Positions 18,593 to 29,000 of a DNA stretch of 36,371 nucleotides are shown here, piece by piece. The stretch covers positions 1 to 36,371 of the forward strand of contig JBMFLB010000003.1 in assembly GCA_049971465.1 (NCBI GenBank), in the 5' to 3' direction. Position 1 is the stretch's first letter. The number at the start of each line of letters is the position of its first letter. This DNA is from Minisyncoccia bacterium. GTDB lineage: Bacteria; Patescibacteriota; Minisyncoccia; UBA6257; GWB1-50-10. Made by a program: the position numbers and the translations under genes. The notes under the pieces were generated by a model, which did not search any database, was not told the origin of the DNA, and saw nothing but the letters and a program-made list of their open reading frames with translations.

Positions 18593-19381
18593 TTACTTAT
18601 AAAAAACTTTATTTTCAATTCTAAAATCAATGTAATTTATTTTTGAAAAATCAATACGAGATTTTAAACCAGTCAAAATTTGATCAAAATTTTCAACATT
18701 ACTTTCAAAACCAAAATCAACATTAATATGTTTATTTAATGTTGCTGACCATTCTCTTAAATCCAAATTTTTAATAACAATATTATCTACATTAAAATTA
18801 TTATTACGCAATATATTTATTATAGTAATCATATTATTAAACCACTGCTTATTTTGTAAAACATCACTACCTAATATAACATAACGACTATTAGAATCAT
18901 TTATTTTTATAATTAATGATCCATAAACCGTAGGCGCTAAAGTATACAATACTCCTTCGTCATCAAAAACATAACAAGAATTATTCATAAAACAATAAAC
19001 ACCAAGTGGTTTTCTAGAATTTAAAACAATATCTACATTTTTAGAAAATAAATTAGCAGAAATTGTAATTGATTTAATATAACTATTTATATCTAATACA
19101 TTTATTGATGGCAATGATAACCAAAATAAAATATTATTAGGACCAAGAAATGCTTTAAATTTTTGCTTAATAATAATATTTTTTTCTATTTGAGTTAAAA
19201 CAATTGACTTATTTAAGTCTAAACCATTAAATTGAACATTTATTTTTTTTACAGTAAATAAATTACTATAAAAAACAACAAATAATAAAAAAATAACAAA
19301 AACTATTGTTAGGCTTATTACACTTATAATTATCCATTTTTTATTTTTATGTTTTTTTTGCGGTTTAAAAAATTCACTCAT
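18593..19381 (-). CDS. FtsQ/DivIB-like cell division protein
   Basis: Basic N-terminus, single TM helix, POTRA-like region and C-terminal YIDFRIENKVFYK. ATG 19381 is preferred. Confidence 0.7.
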   Translation of the reverse strand: MSEFFKPQKKHKNKKWIIISVISLTIVFVIFLLFVVFYSNLFTVKKINVQFNGLDLNKSIVLTQIEKNIIIKQKFKAFLGPNNILFWLSLPSINVLDINSYIKSITISANLFSKNVDIVLNSRKPLGVYCFMNNSCYVFDDEGVLYTLAPTVYGSLIIKINDSNSRYVILGSDVLQNKQWFNNMITIINILRNNNFNVDNIVIKNLDLREWSATLNKHINVDFGFESNVENFDQILTGLKSRIDFSKINYIDFRIENKVFYK

Positions 19382-20642
19382 ATCTTGGGACAATTTTTTC
19401 TTTACCCAAATATCCTTGCAATACTTTAGGTATTGTTATACTCCCATCTTTATTTTGATAATTTTCAAAAATTGCAATTAAAATTCTTCCAATTGCAAAA
19501 GCTGTTCCATTAATCATATGAACTAAATGTAACTTACCTTTGCTATCTTTATAATGAATATTTAATCTTCTTGCCTGATAATCAGTTACATTAGAAGTTG
19601 AATGAGTTTCACGATACTGATTTTGACCCGGAAACCAAGCTTCAATATCATATTTTTTTGCTGCTACATTTCCTAAATCACCAGTACAAATATTTATAAC
19701 CCGATAAGGAATTTCTAAACTACTCATTAATTTTTCTTCTAATGACAAAAACAATTGATGTTCTTTTTCTGAATCCTCTGGTTTAGTAAAACTAAACATT
19801 TCTAATTTATCAAACTGATGAACACGAAAAATTCCTTTTGTATCTTTCCCATATGATCCTGCTTCCCGACGAAAACAGCTGGAAAAACCAATATATCTTT
19901 TAGGCAAATCTTTATAATTAAAAACTTCACGAGCATGCATTGGTCCCAATGATTGTTCTGCTGTTCCAATTAAATATAAATTATCTTGTGGCAAAAAATA
20001 TGTTTCTGCTTCATCTTCATGCCGATCTAAAAAACCCATTGCCTTCATCATTTCTTGTTTAATTAAAGCTGGTGTTACAACCGGGATAAATCCTTCTGGC
20101 AATAAGGTATCAAAAACTAATTTTATAATTGCAAATTCCATTAATGCTGCTTCATTTTTTAGATAACCAAAACGGCTACCACTTACTTTTGATGCTCGTT
20201 CAACATCAACTAAATCAATTTTTTCTGATAATATTAAATAATCTTTTGGTTCAAAATCAAACTTAGTTGGATTTCCAACTATTTTTAAAACTTTATTTTC
20301 ACTATCATCTTTTCCAATTGGCACATCCTCCAATGGTAAATTTGGCAATTTGTATAAAATTTCTATTCGTTTTTCATCAATTTTTTTCTTTTCTTCATTT
20401 AAATCAGCTATTCGATCTTTTAAAATTTTAGCACGATTAATACGATCATCGGTTTTATTTTGAGCTAATTCTTTATTTAACTTATTTTGTTCTGATTTTA
20501 ACTGATTTAATAATGTAGTTTTTTCTCGCCATTCTAAATCTAAATACAAAAACCGATCAACTAATTTAGGATCAACATTTTTTTTTGCAATCCCATTTTT
20601 TACAATCTCAGGATTTTGTCTTATAAAATCTACATCCAACAT
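19374..20642 (-). CDS. serS: Seryl-tRNA synthetase
   Basis: MLDVDFIR, GTAEQ, FRREAGSYGKDTKGIFRVHQFDKLE and DYQARRL motifs. Confidence 0.98.
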   Translation of the reverse strand: MLDVDFIRQNPEIVKNGIAKKNVDPKLVDRFLYLDLEWREKTTLLNQLKSEQNKLNKELAQNKTDDRINRAKILKDRIADLNEEKKKIDEKRIEILYKLPNLPLEDVPIGKDDSENKVLKIVGNPTKFDFEPKDYLILSEKIDLVDVERASKVSGSRFGYLKNEAALMEFAIIKLVFDTLLPEGFIPVVTPALIKQEMMKAMGFLDRHEDEAETYFLPQDNLYLIGTAEQSLGPMHAREVFNYKDLPKRYIGFSSCFRREAGSYGKDTKGIFRVHQFDKLEMFSFTKPEDSEKEHQLFLSLEEKLMSSLEIPYRVINICTGDLGNVAAKKYDIEAWFPGQNQYRETHSTSNVTDYQARRLNIHYKDSKGKLHLVHMINGTAFAIGRILIAIFENYQNKDGSITIPKVLQGYLGKEKIVPRYE

Positions 20643-20643
20643 A

Positions 20644-22086
20644 TTATTTATTTTTCATTAATGGACTAATAACAGTTTCTCTAACTGATTTATTCATTAA
20701 AACAGCAAATAATCTTTCGGACATACCAAAACCACCAGCAGGCGGCATACCATATTCTAATGCTTCAATAAAATCTTCATCTAACATTTGGGCTTCTTTA
20801 TCTCCAGCTTTTCTTAAACGCATTTGTTCTTCAAATCTTTTTCTTTGATCAATAGGATCATTTAATTCAGAAAAACCCTTGCCTAATTCTGAACCACCAG
20901 CCATAATTTGAAAACGCGCTACACGATTTTCATCCTGATCCAATCTTTTTGCCAACGGTTCCATTTCTACTGGTGGATCAATTAAAAATGACGGCTGAAT
21001 TAATTTTGGTCTTACTGTTTTTTTATAAATTAAATCAATTATTCTTCCTTTGCCCATATTTAAATTTACATCTAAATTTAAAGACTTTGCTTTTTTAAAT
21101 AATTCTTCTTTAGTTGTGTTTGATAAATTGATACCAGTTTCTTTTTTAAATAAGGTATAGTAATCTAATTTTGGCCATTTGCCCGACCAATTTATTGTTT
21201 GATTATTAAATTTTGTTTTTAAACTTCCAAAAATTTTTTTAATTGTTTGTTGATACATTTTTTGTACCATTTTCATCACATCATCATAATTAGCATAAGC
21301 CCAGTAAAATTCCATTTGAGTATAATCTTGTAAATGTTCTCTATCTATTCCCTCATTTCTAAAAATTCTACCAATTTCAAAAACTTTTTCATAACCAGCA
21401 ACTAATAATTTTTTTAATGGCAATTCTAATGAAATTCTCATATAAAAATCTTGATTTAAAGCATTATGATGAGTAATAAATGGTTCTGCTTCTGCGCCTC
21501 CTGGTGTTAATTCAAAAATTGGATTTTCAACTTCTAAAAATCCTTGTTGCTTTAAAAAGTTTCTAATTGAATCCCAAAAAATTGCTTTTTTTATAAACAA
21601 ATCCTTAACTTCGGGATGTAATAAAATATCTAAATATCTTTTTCTTAATCGTTCTTCTTGCTCTTCTAAACCATACCATTGATTAGGAATTGGTTTAATA
21701 GATTTAACAATTATTCTTATTGAATTAACCATAAAACTTTTTTCAGCGCTTTTTGTTAAAAATACTTTTCCTTTACCTTCAACAAAATCTCCACTAACTA
21801 AGGTTTTTTTTATTAAATCAAAATTTTTAATGTTTTCCTTTTTTAAAATAAATTGTATTTTACCAGTTGCATCGGACACATCAACAAACATAATTTTACC
21901 TTGATCTCTTATATTCCATACCCGACCAACCAAAAAAAATGTTTTTTTATTTTTTAAATACTTTTTAAAATTTGCTAAAACATCACCAATAACCGCTGTT
22001 CTTTTAACAACAGAAGGATAAGGATTGCTATATTTTTTATATAATTCTAATTTTTGAATTCTATCCCGAATTAAATCGCTAAGCAT
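20644..22086 (-). CDS. lysS: Lysyl-tRNA synthetase class II
   Basis: GGAEAEPFITHHNAL, FRNEGID, ELNDPIDQR and EYGMPPAGGFG motifs. Confidence 0.98.
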   Translation of the reverse strand: MLSDLIRDRIQKLELYKKYSNPYPSVVKRTAVIGDVLANFKKYLKNKKTFFLVGRVWNIRDQGKIMFVDVSDATGKIQFILKKENIKNFDLIKKTLVSGDFVEGKGKVFLTKSAEKSFMVNSIRIIVKSIKPIPNQWYGLEEQEERLRKRYLDILLHPEVKDLFIKKAIFWDSIRNFLKQQGFLEVENPIFELTPGGAEAEPFITHHNALNQDFYMRISLELPLKKLLVAGYEKVFEIGRIFRNEGIDREHLQDYTQMEFYWAYANYDDVMKMVQKMYQQTIKKIFGSLKTKFNNQTINWSGKWPKLDYYTLFKKETGINLSNTTKEELFKKAKSLNLDVNLNMGKGRIIDLIYKKTVRPKLIQPSFLIDPPVEMEPLAKRLDQDENRVARFQIMAGGSELGKGFSELNDPIDQRKRFEEQMRLRKAGDKEAQMLDEDFIEALEYGMPPAGGFGMSERLFAVLMNKSVRETVISPLMKNK

Positions 22087-22087
22087 T

Positions 22088-22546
22088 TTAATTTATTTTT
22101 AAAATTTCATATTGAATTTTACCTCGCGGTGTATTAATTTCAATTATATCTCCAACTTTCTTTCCTAATAAATTTTTACCTAATGGCGATTCATTAGAAA
22201 TAAAACCTTTAACTGGATCTGCTTCTTCTGAACCAACAATAGTAAATTCAACTAATTCTTTATTTTTTTTCACTGTCACCACTGATCCTATTTTTGCTAC
22301 ATCACTACTTGAATCCTTTTTAATAAGAATTGCTTTTTTTAAAATTTCTTCGATTTGTCTAATTCTATTTTCTAATCTTGCTTGAGATTCACGCGCTTCC
22401 TGATATTCCGAGTTTTCAGAAAGATCACCAAGTTCTTTGGATTGCTTTAAACGATCTGCAATTTCTTTTCTGCCTTTATTTTTTAATTCTTCTAATTCCT
22501 TTTTTAATGCTTCCAATTTTTCTTTTGTTATATAAGCTTTATCCAT
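22088..22546 (-). CDS. greA: Transcription elongation factor GreA
   Basis: GDLSENSEY and ISNESPLGKNLLGKKVGD motifs. Confidence 0.98.
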   Translation of the reverse strand: MDKAYITKEKLEALKKELEELKNKGRKEIADRLKQSKELGDLSENSEYQEARESQARLENRIRQIEEILKKAILIKKDSSSDVAKIGSVVTVKKNKELVEFTIVGSEEADPVKGFISNESPLGKNLLGKKVGDIIEINTPRGKIQYEILKIN

Positions 22547-22565
22547 AATAAATTATTATTGTTTA

Positions 22566-25361
22566 TTATTTATTTTTACTTAATCTATTTTGATAATACC
22601 ATAAAAAAATATCTTTTGCCAATGGCAAAGTATTAATACTACCCTGTTTAGCATTTTCAATTAAAATTAATACAGCAATTTGTGGATTATTATAAGGCGC
22701 AAAACCAGTAAAAATAGCATTTATTTTTTGATTATTTTCAATTTGAGCCGTACCAGTTTTTACTGCAACTTGAATTGGTAAATCATGTAATAAATAAGCT
22801 AAACCATATGGCTTTTGAGTGCTATCTAACATCCCTTCCCGTACAATTGGTAAATAATTTTTAATATCAGTTCTTAAATCAGCTAAAATTTTTGGATTGC
22901 TGCTTAATATTATATTTCCATTAATATCTTTTATATCTTTCATAATTCGCGGTTGGTACAAAATTCCACCATTTGCTATAGCACTAATATAATTTATAAG
23001 TTCAATTGGTGTCACCAACAAATCTCCTTGTCCAATACTAACATTATAAGTATCACCAATTCTCCATGGTTCTCCAATTTTTGCTTGTTTCCATAATGGA
23101 TTAGGTAAAAATCCTTCTTGTTCTAATGGTAAATCAATACCAGTTTTATTATTAAATCCAAATTTTTCCCACCAATTTACTAATTTATTTATACCTAAAC
23201 CAACTTGATTTTGATAACCACCAACTGTTTCATAAAAATAAATATCGCTAGAAACAGCAATTGCTTTTTTTAAATCTACCCACCCATGCGGTTTCCAATC
23301 ATGATAAATACTTGGTTTATCAGGATAATAAGGATTTGGTATTGTGATATAAGATGGCGCATAAATTTGTTTATCAGGAGAAATAATATTATTAGCTAAA
23401 ATAGCCAAGGCATCTAATGGCTTTACTGTTGACCCTGGAGAATATAAACCACTAATTGCACGATTAAAAAATGGTTTGCTTGGATCAGTAAAACCTGTGG
23501 TTAAATTGTTTAAATCAAAAACCGGCAAACTAACCAATGATAAAACCTCACCATTTTGAGGATTTAATGCAATAACAATGCCTTTATCACGATTTAAATT
23601 TTTTAATGTTTTTTGCAAATCATCATAAATAAAATTTTGCAAATCACTATCAATAAAAGTATCAATGCTATCACCAGCTTGCGGTTGAACGCTTAAAATT
23701 TTATTCTGTGATTTACCAACAACATTACGATTATATACATCTTTTCCATCAATGCCACGCAAATAATAATCATATGATTGTTCTAAACCCAAACGGCCAA
23801 TACGATCTTCAATATTTAAATTAGGATTTTGTATTAAATCATCTTTAGATACTAATGTTGTATAACCAATAAGATGACCATAACTATTATTTAATAAAGA
23901 ACGACTATAATTATCTTCTAAATCTATACCAGGCAAATTTAATGATGATAAAGCTAATATTTCACTCTGATTAATATTTTCTTTTATTAAAACCCTATCG
24001 GTTAAAGACCAATTTTGATTTTTAATTAAATCATTTTTTGTTGTATTAATTATTACCTGCTGTAAATCAGATTCCCTAAAAACCAATGACTGCATTTTAG
24101 CTTGAGCAAAAACCGTAAATTCATTATTTTCATTAGTAGAGGTATTTACATTAATTGTTTCCAATTTAAAATATTGAGCTTGAGGTAAAAGTTTAAATTG
24201 AGGTAAAACTAAAATTGATGTTTGAGCATTCAAAAGATCTTGTAATTGTTTTATTGCGCTTGATGTTGCATTTTGAATATCACTATTAGATGGCACGGTT
24301 TTTATACCTGAAAAACCACCGCTAATATCATTTTTATTTTGACCGTAAAATGCATCATATTTTGGTCCGCCTTCAAAGCCAGGTATTTTCCAACCAGTAA
24401 CTGGTCTTATATTGTAGCTTTCTCCTGGCCCACTTGCAGTTATTGCTACATCCAATGATGATGGCTGAATATTACCATTTACAATTTGCGCCCCTGGTAT
24501 TGTCACTCTATTATCTAACAAATAAATTTTTCCATTTGGCGCCATAACTCTTGTACCGGCAACTAAAATTTGAGGATTAGAACTATAAGCATTATAAATA
24601 GTTAAAATACCTTTTGCTTTTTGTTGAACAGCAGTTTTTGTGCTTGCCGGAAAAGATAAGGTTATATTTTTTTCACTTGTTAATATTTCTCCTGGCAAAC
24701 TTATAATTTGATTATTATTAACCATTGGTGCAGCTATACCAGTATTAGCATTAACGGTAAAATGAAAATCACTATTATATCTTTGAAAAGTTAAATAAAT
24801 ATTTACACTGGGCATAAAATAAGTGATATAACCAATAACTAATCCAATAATCATAATTACACCAACAATAACCCATATTGTTTTGTTTTTATGTTGAATA
24901 ATCAGGGGTTTACGTTGGTATAAATCAGCCGGTAATTTTTCCTCAGCAAAATCCTGTTTTGATTGAGATGATATCAACTCATCATTTTTTAATTCTTTTT
25001 GTTTTTCTTTATTATCTGCTAAATCTTTAATTTGCTGTCTAGTAAAATATGATTCTTCTTTTATTTCTGACTTTAACGGAACAACATCAATTACTGCTTT
25101 TTCTGTTTTATGAAAAAATGGATCATAAACTTCTAATCCGTTTGCTGTAACTAAATCTTGAATTTTTTCATCCGCGGTTTCAATTTTAATATGTTTTTTA
25201 TATTTACTTTCTATTTTTTTAACTTCTTGAAAAAATTTTTTGTCTAATTTTAATTCTGACCCAACTACTAATATAATATTTTCGCCACTATTTTTAATAA
25301 GTTTTTCAACTTCTTTAATTTTATTATTTTCTAATTTAATTTTTATTAAGGGGTTAACCAT
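22566..25361 (-). CDS. Chimeric ORF: baseplate-J-like membrane protein (about aa 1-440) fused to a class B penicillin-binding protein (PBP2/MrdA-like)
   Basis: N half: TM helix, KAKGILTIYNAYS, PGESYNI, GGFSG. C half: GRLGLEQSYD..LRGIDG, PGSTVK (SxxK), SSD (SxN position), KTGTAQ. Confidence 0.85.
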   Translation of the reverse strand: MVNPLIKIKLENNKIKEVEKLIKNSGENIILVVGSELKLDKKFFQEVKKIESKYKKHIKIETADEKIQDLVTANGLEVYDPFFHKTEKAVIDVVPLKSEIKEESYFTRQQIKDLADNKEKQKELKNDELISSQSKQDFAEEKLPADLYQRKPLIIQHKNKTIWVIVGVIMIIGLVIGYITYFMPSVNIYLTFQRYNSDFHFTVNANTGIAAPMVNNNQIISLPGEILTSEKNITLSFPASTKTAVQQKAKGILTIYNAYSSNPQILVAGTRVMAPNGKIYLLDNRVTIPGAQIVNGNIQPSSLDVAITASGPGESYNIRPVTGWKIPGFEGGPKYDAFYGQNKNDISGGFSGIKTVPSNSDIQNATSSAIKQLQDLLNAQTSILVLPQFKLLPQAQYFKLETINVNTSTNENNEFTVFAQAKMQSLVFRESDLQQVIINTTKNDLIKNQNWSLTDRVLIKENINQSEILALSSLNLPGIDLEDNYSRSLLNNSYGHLIGYTTLVSKDDLIQNPNLNIEDRIGRLGLEQSYDYYLRGIDGKDVYNRNVVGKSQNKILSVQPQAGDSIDTFIDSDLQNFIYDDLQKTLKNLNRDKGIVIALNPQNGEVLSLVSLPVFDLNNLTTGFTDPSKPFFNRAISGLYSPGSTVKPLDALAILANNIISPDKQIYAPSYITIPNPYYPDKPSIYHDWKPHGWVDLKKAIAVSSDIYFYETVGGYQNQVGLGINKLVNWWEKFGFNNKTGIDLPLEQEGFLPNPLWKQAKIGEPWRIGDTYNVSIGQGDLLVTPIELINYISAIANGGILYQPRIMKDIKDINGNIILSSNPKILADLRTDIKNYLPIVREGMLDSTQKPYGLAYLLHDLPIQVAVKTGTAQIENNQKINAIFTGFAPYNNPQIAVLILIENAKQGSINTLPLAKDIFLWYYQNRLSKNK

Positions 25362-26398
25362 TTTATTCGTCTTTGAATTAACTTATTAATATTATCATAA
25401 TTGTTTTTTGTTTCATTTTCAATAATAGCTGCTTCAAGTATTGGATTTTCATATTTTAATTGTAAAGAATTTGGCAAATAAATATTACTTAAATCAACAA
25501 AAGATGTTTTAAAAACCTTCAAAGCTAAATGTTTGGGTATAGCATGATTAAAAAATATCTTATATTTACTACCATCAACTAATAATTTACTGTTTTTAAT
25601 AGAAACAAAAATTTCTTTAAACCATTGCGACCATAAATTATTAAAAACTTTATTTACTCTTTCGGAAAAAACCATACTTATACTTTTTTGCAAAATGAGA
25701 TCAGCAATTTGATTATTTACTCCTAATAATTCTTGAATATTATTTATTAACTTATTATAACTATTAGTCAAAATTCCACCAAAAAATAAATTATTATTTT
25801 CAAATTTATATACTAATGTTTGATTTTGAGTTACTAAAACAATATTATAAAATTTATCCAATAAAGAAGTTAATACTGCACCATTTTCAAAAATAAACAA
25901 TCGATTAAAATTTTCTTTTAACTCTAAAACTAATGGTAATAATTTTCTGGTGATAAATGTAACCTGCATTTCAATCATTACCTTTTTATTTAAACAATCA
26001 TTTAAATTTTCAACTACTTTATTATCAACTATTATTTTTTTTACTGTTGCATTGTATAAAACAAGCTCACTATCTTTTACTTTCATTTTGGCAGCGCTTC
26101 TATTGCGAAATTCATTTAACTTTAACCATAGAAGATTAAACAAATGATTATCAAAATCTTCTATTGTTGAACCAAGTTTTAAATTTAAAATTGTATAAAT
26201 TGTTGTTGCTTTTTCAAAATTTAATAATAAAAAAATATCAGCGTGCTGATAAAATTTATTTTTTATTTCAATTGATTTAGAATGATAAAAATTATTATGA
26301 TTAAATATTAAAAAATCATCATTATTATCCAAAATAAAAATTGGTGAATTTTTAGCATTAATTTTTTTTATAATTTTATTAAAAATTTTTAACACCAA
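25346..26398 (-). CDS. Hypothetical protein, possibly a degenerate FtsA-like/actin-fold protein
   Basis: 350-aa ORF overlapping the next gene. The family guess rests on weak resemblance and its position ahead of the baseplate-J-like gene. Confidence 0.5.
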   Translation of the reverse strand: MVLKIFNKIIKKINAKNSPIFILDNNDDFLIFNHNNFYHSKSIEIKNKFYQHADIFLLLNFEKATTIYTILNLKLGSTIEDFDNHLFNLLWLKLNEFRNRSAAKMKVKDSELVLYNATVKKIIVDNKVVENLNDCLNKKVMIEMQVTFITRKLLPLVLELKENFNRLFIFENGAVLTSLLDKFYNIVLVTQNQTLVYKFENNNLFFGGILTNSYNKLINNIQELLGVNNQIADLILQKSISMVFSERVNKVFNNLWSQWFKEIFVSIKNSKLLVDGSKYKIFFNHAIPKHLALKVFKTSFVDLSNIYLPNSLQLKYENPILEAAIIENETKNNYDNINKLIQRRIKWLTP

Positions 26399-26421
26399 TC
26401 TTATTATATCAACTCTTATAT

Positions 26422-27279
26422 TTAAATAAAATTAAATGTTAAAAAATAAAATTTTAATATATCTACACCAAAAAATATTGTTATTATCATACCCAAAATT
26501 AATATTGGACCAAATGGGATCATTGATTTTAAATTTTTATTGCCAAAAACTAATAAAATTATTCCAATTAAACCACCAATAATAAATGCTAATAATATGC
26601 CAATAAAACTATCGGGCCAGCCTAAAATTAAACCGCTACTAATCATTAATTTTACATCACCAAAACCAATCCAATTTCCTTTACTTAACATAAATAAAAT
26701 TAATAAAAAAAATGCTGGCAATAATCCTAATAATCTATTAACTAAAAATGAATTAGAAAAACTAAACATAAAAGAATATCCATTTACAAAAGAATTATTT
26801 ATAAAATTTGATTTAGAAAAGTATAAAAACAAATTTAAAATTATACCGCTTAACAATAATAAAAAATTTAAATCATTAGGAATAATCATTTTTTTAAAAT
26901 CAATCGCGCTTACTAATAACCAAAAAATAAATATTAAAAGCCACAAAATAATTAATTCATTTTTAAATGGATTAAAAATATAAAATTTATTAAAATAAAA
27001 GGGAACAATTACAAAAATTATACCAGTTATAATTTCAATTATTGGATATTGCCAAGAAAGTTGATGTTTACAGCTTAAACATTTTCCTTTTTGAATAATA
27101 AAACTGATAATTGGAATTAGTTCATACCATTGTAAAGTTTTACCACAATAAGGGCAATGTGACCTACCTTTTAATTTATTTAAACTAAAAATGTGGTTGT
27201 TGATATCAAATCTCCAAACAACCACATTTAAAAAACTACCGATTATTAAACCAAAAACAAAAAGATAAAAATACAACAT
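26422..27279 (-). CDS. pilD: Prepilin peptidase (A24)
   Basis: GSFLNVV, RSHCPYC...GKCLSC zinc motif, ID and GFGDVKL aspartates, IPFGP. Confidence 0.96.
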   Translation of the reverse strand: MLYFYLFVFGLIIGSFLNVVVWRFDINNHIFSLNKLKGRSHCPYCGKTLQWYELIPIISFIIQKGKCLSCKHQLSWQYPIIEIITGIIFVIVPFYFNKFYIFNPFKNELIILWLLIFIFWLLVSAIDFKKMIIPNDLNFLLLLSGIILNLFLYFSKSNFINNSFVNGYSFMFSFSNSFLVNRLLGLLPAFFLLILFMLSKGNWIGFGDVKLMISSGLILGWPDSFIGILLAFIIGGLIGIILLVFGNKNLKSMIPFGPILILGMIITIFFGVDILKFYFLTFNFI

Positions 27280-27297
27280 TATAAATAATTATTACTA

Positions 27298-27708
27298 TTA
27301 TGGATTATATGATGATACTTTACCACAAACACCATTAGTAGGAGTTGAATTTGGATCTGTAACGCCGCTAGCGCCAGATGAATCAACACAATATTTAATG
27401 TTGTTGTTTGTTACTAAAGGAGCATAAATAGCATAAGCATGGAAATCAGGGCTATATGATACTTGACCCTTATCATTTTGATTAAAGCTCTTAAATTGTG
27501 TGCTTGTTGATATATCTATATATACACCTGTCACCGCATTATATTGACTTTCTTGCAATGCTTGTATGGCTCTAACATCACTTATAATTTGTGCATCTTT
27601 TGCTTTACTTCTTGATGAACCTAAAGGACCAAGAACAATTGTTGCTAATATACCTATAATAGCAACAACAATTAACATTTCAATTAAGGTAAAACCTTTT
27701 TTATTCAT
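27298..27708 (-). CDS. Type IV pilin (major pilin candidate)
   Basis: MNKKG|FTLIEMLIVVAIIGILA and a C-terminal Cys pair (YCVDS...GVC). Confidence 0.92.
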   Translation of the reverse strand: MNKKGFTLIEMLIVVAIIGILATIVLGPLGSSRSKAKDAQIISDVRAIQALQESQYNAVTGVYIDISTSTQFKSFNQNDKGQVSYSPDFHAYAIYAPLVTNNNIKYCVDSSGASGVTDPNSTPTNGVCGKVSSYNP

Positions 27709-27794
27709 ATATTTTTTGTTTATAATTAAATTTTTATTATTCGACCTTTATTTTAATAATAACACAATATAATAATATAATAAATTAAAAAAAT

Positions 27795-29000
27795 CTAAAC
27801 AGCTTGGGTTAAAGAATATAATGGTAATAATATGGATGCAAATAATAATGCAACAAAAATACCAATTACAACCATTAATGCGGGTTGAATTAATTCTACT
27901 AAATTAGAAACAATATCATTAACATCTCTGGTATAAAACTCATTTATTTTTTTTAATAAATCCCCCAACCGTCCAGTTGATTCACCAATTGCTATTAATT
28001 GTCCAACCAATGGGGGAAAATATGGCACTGACATAATAGCTTTTGAAAATAAATCTCCTTTTCTAATTTTATTGGCAACCTCTGATAATGAATCACGATA
28101 AACAATGTTGCCGATTGTATGGCTGGCAATTTCTACTGATTGAGGAACAGTTAAACCACCCTCAACTAATACTCTTGTTGATTCAGCAAAACGACTGATA
28201 TACAATTTTTGAAATAATATTCCTAATACTGGCAATCGCAAAATAACTTCATCCAAAACAATCTTTCCTTCTTTACTTTTAAAGTAATCTAATAATACAA
28301 AAACAATTGTTGCCACAATAATAATAAACAGCCACCACCACTTTATTAATAATTGACCAAAAAATAAAAAGACTTCAGTTAACAATGGCAATTGGACATT
28401 GGATTCTACTAATACTGGTATTATTTGCGGTAAAACTAAAGTTGTCATTAAAATTATAACAACAAAAAATAAACCAATAACAAATGCTGGATAAATTAAT
28501 GCATTTTTTACTTTAGAAATAATTGCCTCCTGATTTTCTAAATAATCAGCCATAAAATTTAGTACCTCTTCCAATTTCCCTGTTGCTTCTGCTGACCTAA
28601 CCATATTAATATAAAATTCTGAAAAAACTCCAGGGTGTCTTTCTAATGCCTGTGATAATGAAAAACCAGATTCAACATCAGTAGACATTTCCCTAATCAC
28701 TTCTTTTAATACTGGATTAGTCGTTTGTTTAAATAGGTTCAATAAACTATCATTTATCGATATTTGGGCTGAAATTAAAGTTGCAAATTGACGCGTAAAA
28801 ACCATTAAATCTTTAGTTTTAATTCTTTGAAAATAATCAGAAATTCTAGTAAAAATATCAGCTTCTTTAACCGGCTCGATACTTAAAACAAACAAATTAT
28901 GACCAACTAAAATATTTATTGCCCCATCTTTAGAATTTGCTTCTACTGTGCCAACCTGCAACTCCCCTTCTTTAGTTCTTGCTTTATAATTAAATTTCAT
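27795..29000 (-). CDS. pilC: Type IV pilus platform protein PilC/GspF
   Basis: FTRQFATLI, EATGKLEEVL and GESTGRL motifs, three TM segments. Confidence 0.96.
   Translation of the reverse strand: MKFNYKARTKEGELQVGTVEANSKDGAINILVGHNLFVLSIEPVKEADIFTRISDYFQRIKTKDLMVFTRQFATLISAQISINDSLLNLFKQTTNPVLKEVIREMSTDVESGFSLSQALERHPGVFSEFYINMVRSAEATGKLEEVLNFMADYLENQEAIISKVKNALIYPAFVIGLFFVVIILMTTLVLPQIIPVLVESNVQLPLLTEVFLFFGQLLIKWWWLFIIIVATIVFVLLDYFKSKEGKIVLDEVILRLPVLGILFQKLYISRFAESTRVLVEGGLTVPQSVEIASHTIGNIVYRDSLSEVANKIRKGDLFSKAIMSVPYFPPLVGQLIAIGESTGRLGDLLKKINEFYTRDVNDIVSNLVELIQPALMVVIGIFVALLFASILLPLYSLTQAV

Noticed and set aside
24040-25361. Prophage or contractile injection system implied by the baseplate-J-like domain
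   Set aside because: No other phage structural genes are present. The domain sits behind a TM anchor among housekeeping genes.
26540-26983. 147-aa plus-strand Asn/Lys/Ile-rich ORF
   Set aside because: It is the antisense shadow of the hydrophobic pilD coding sequence.
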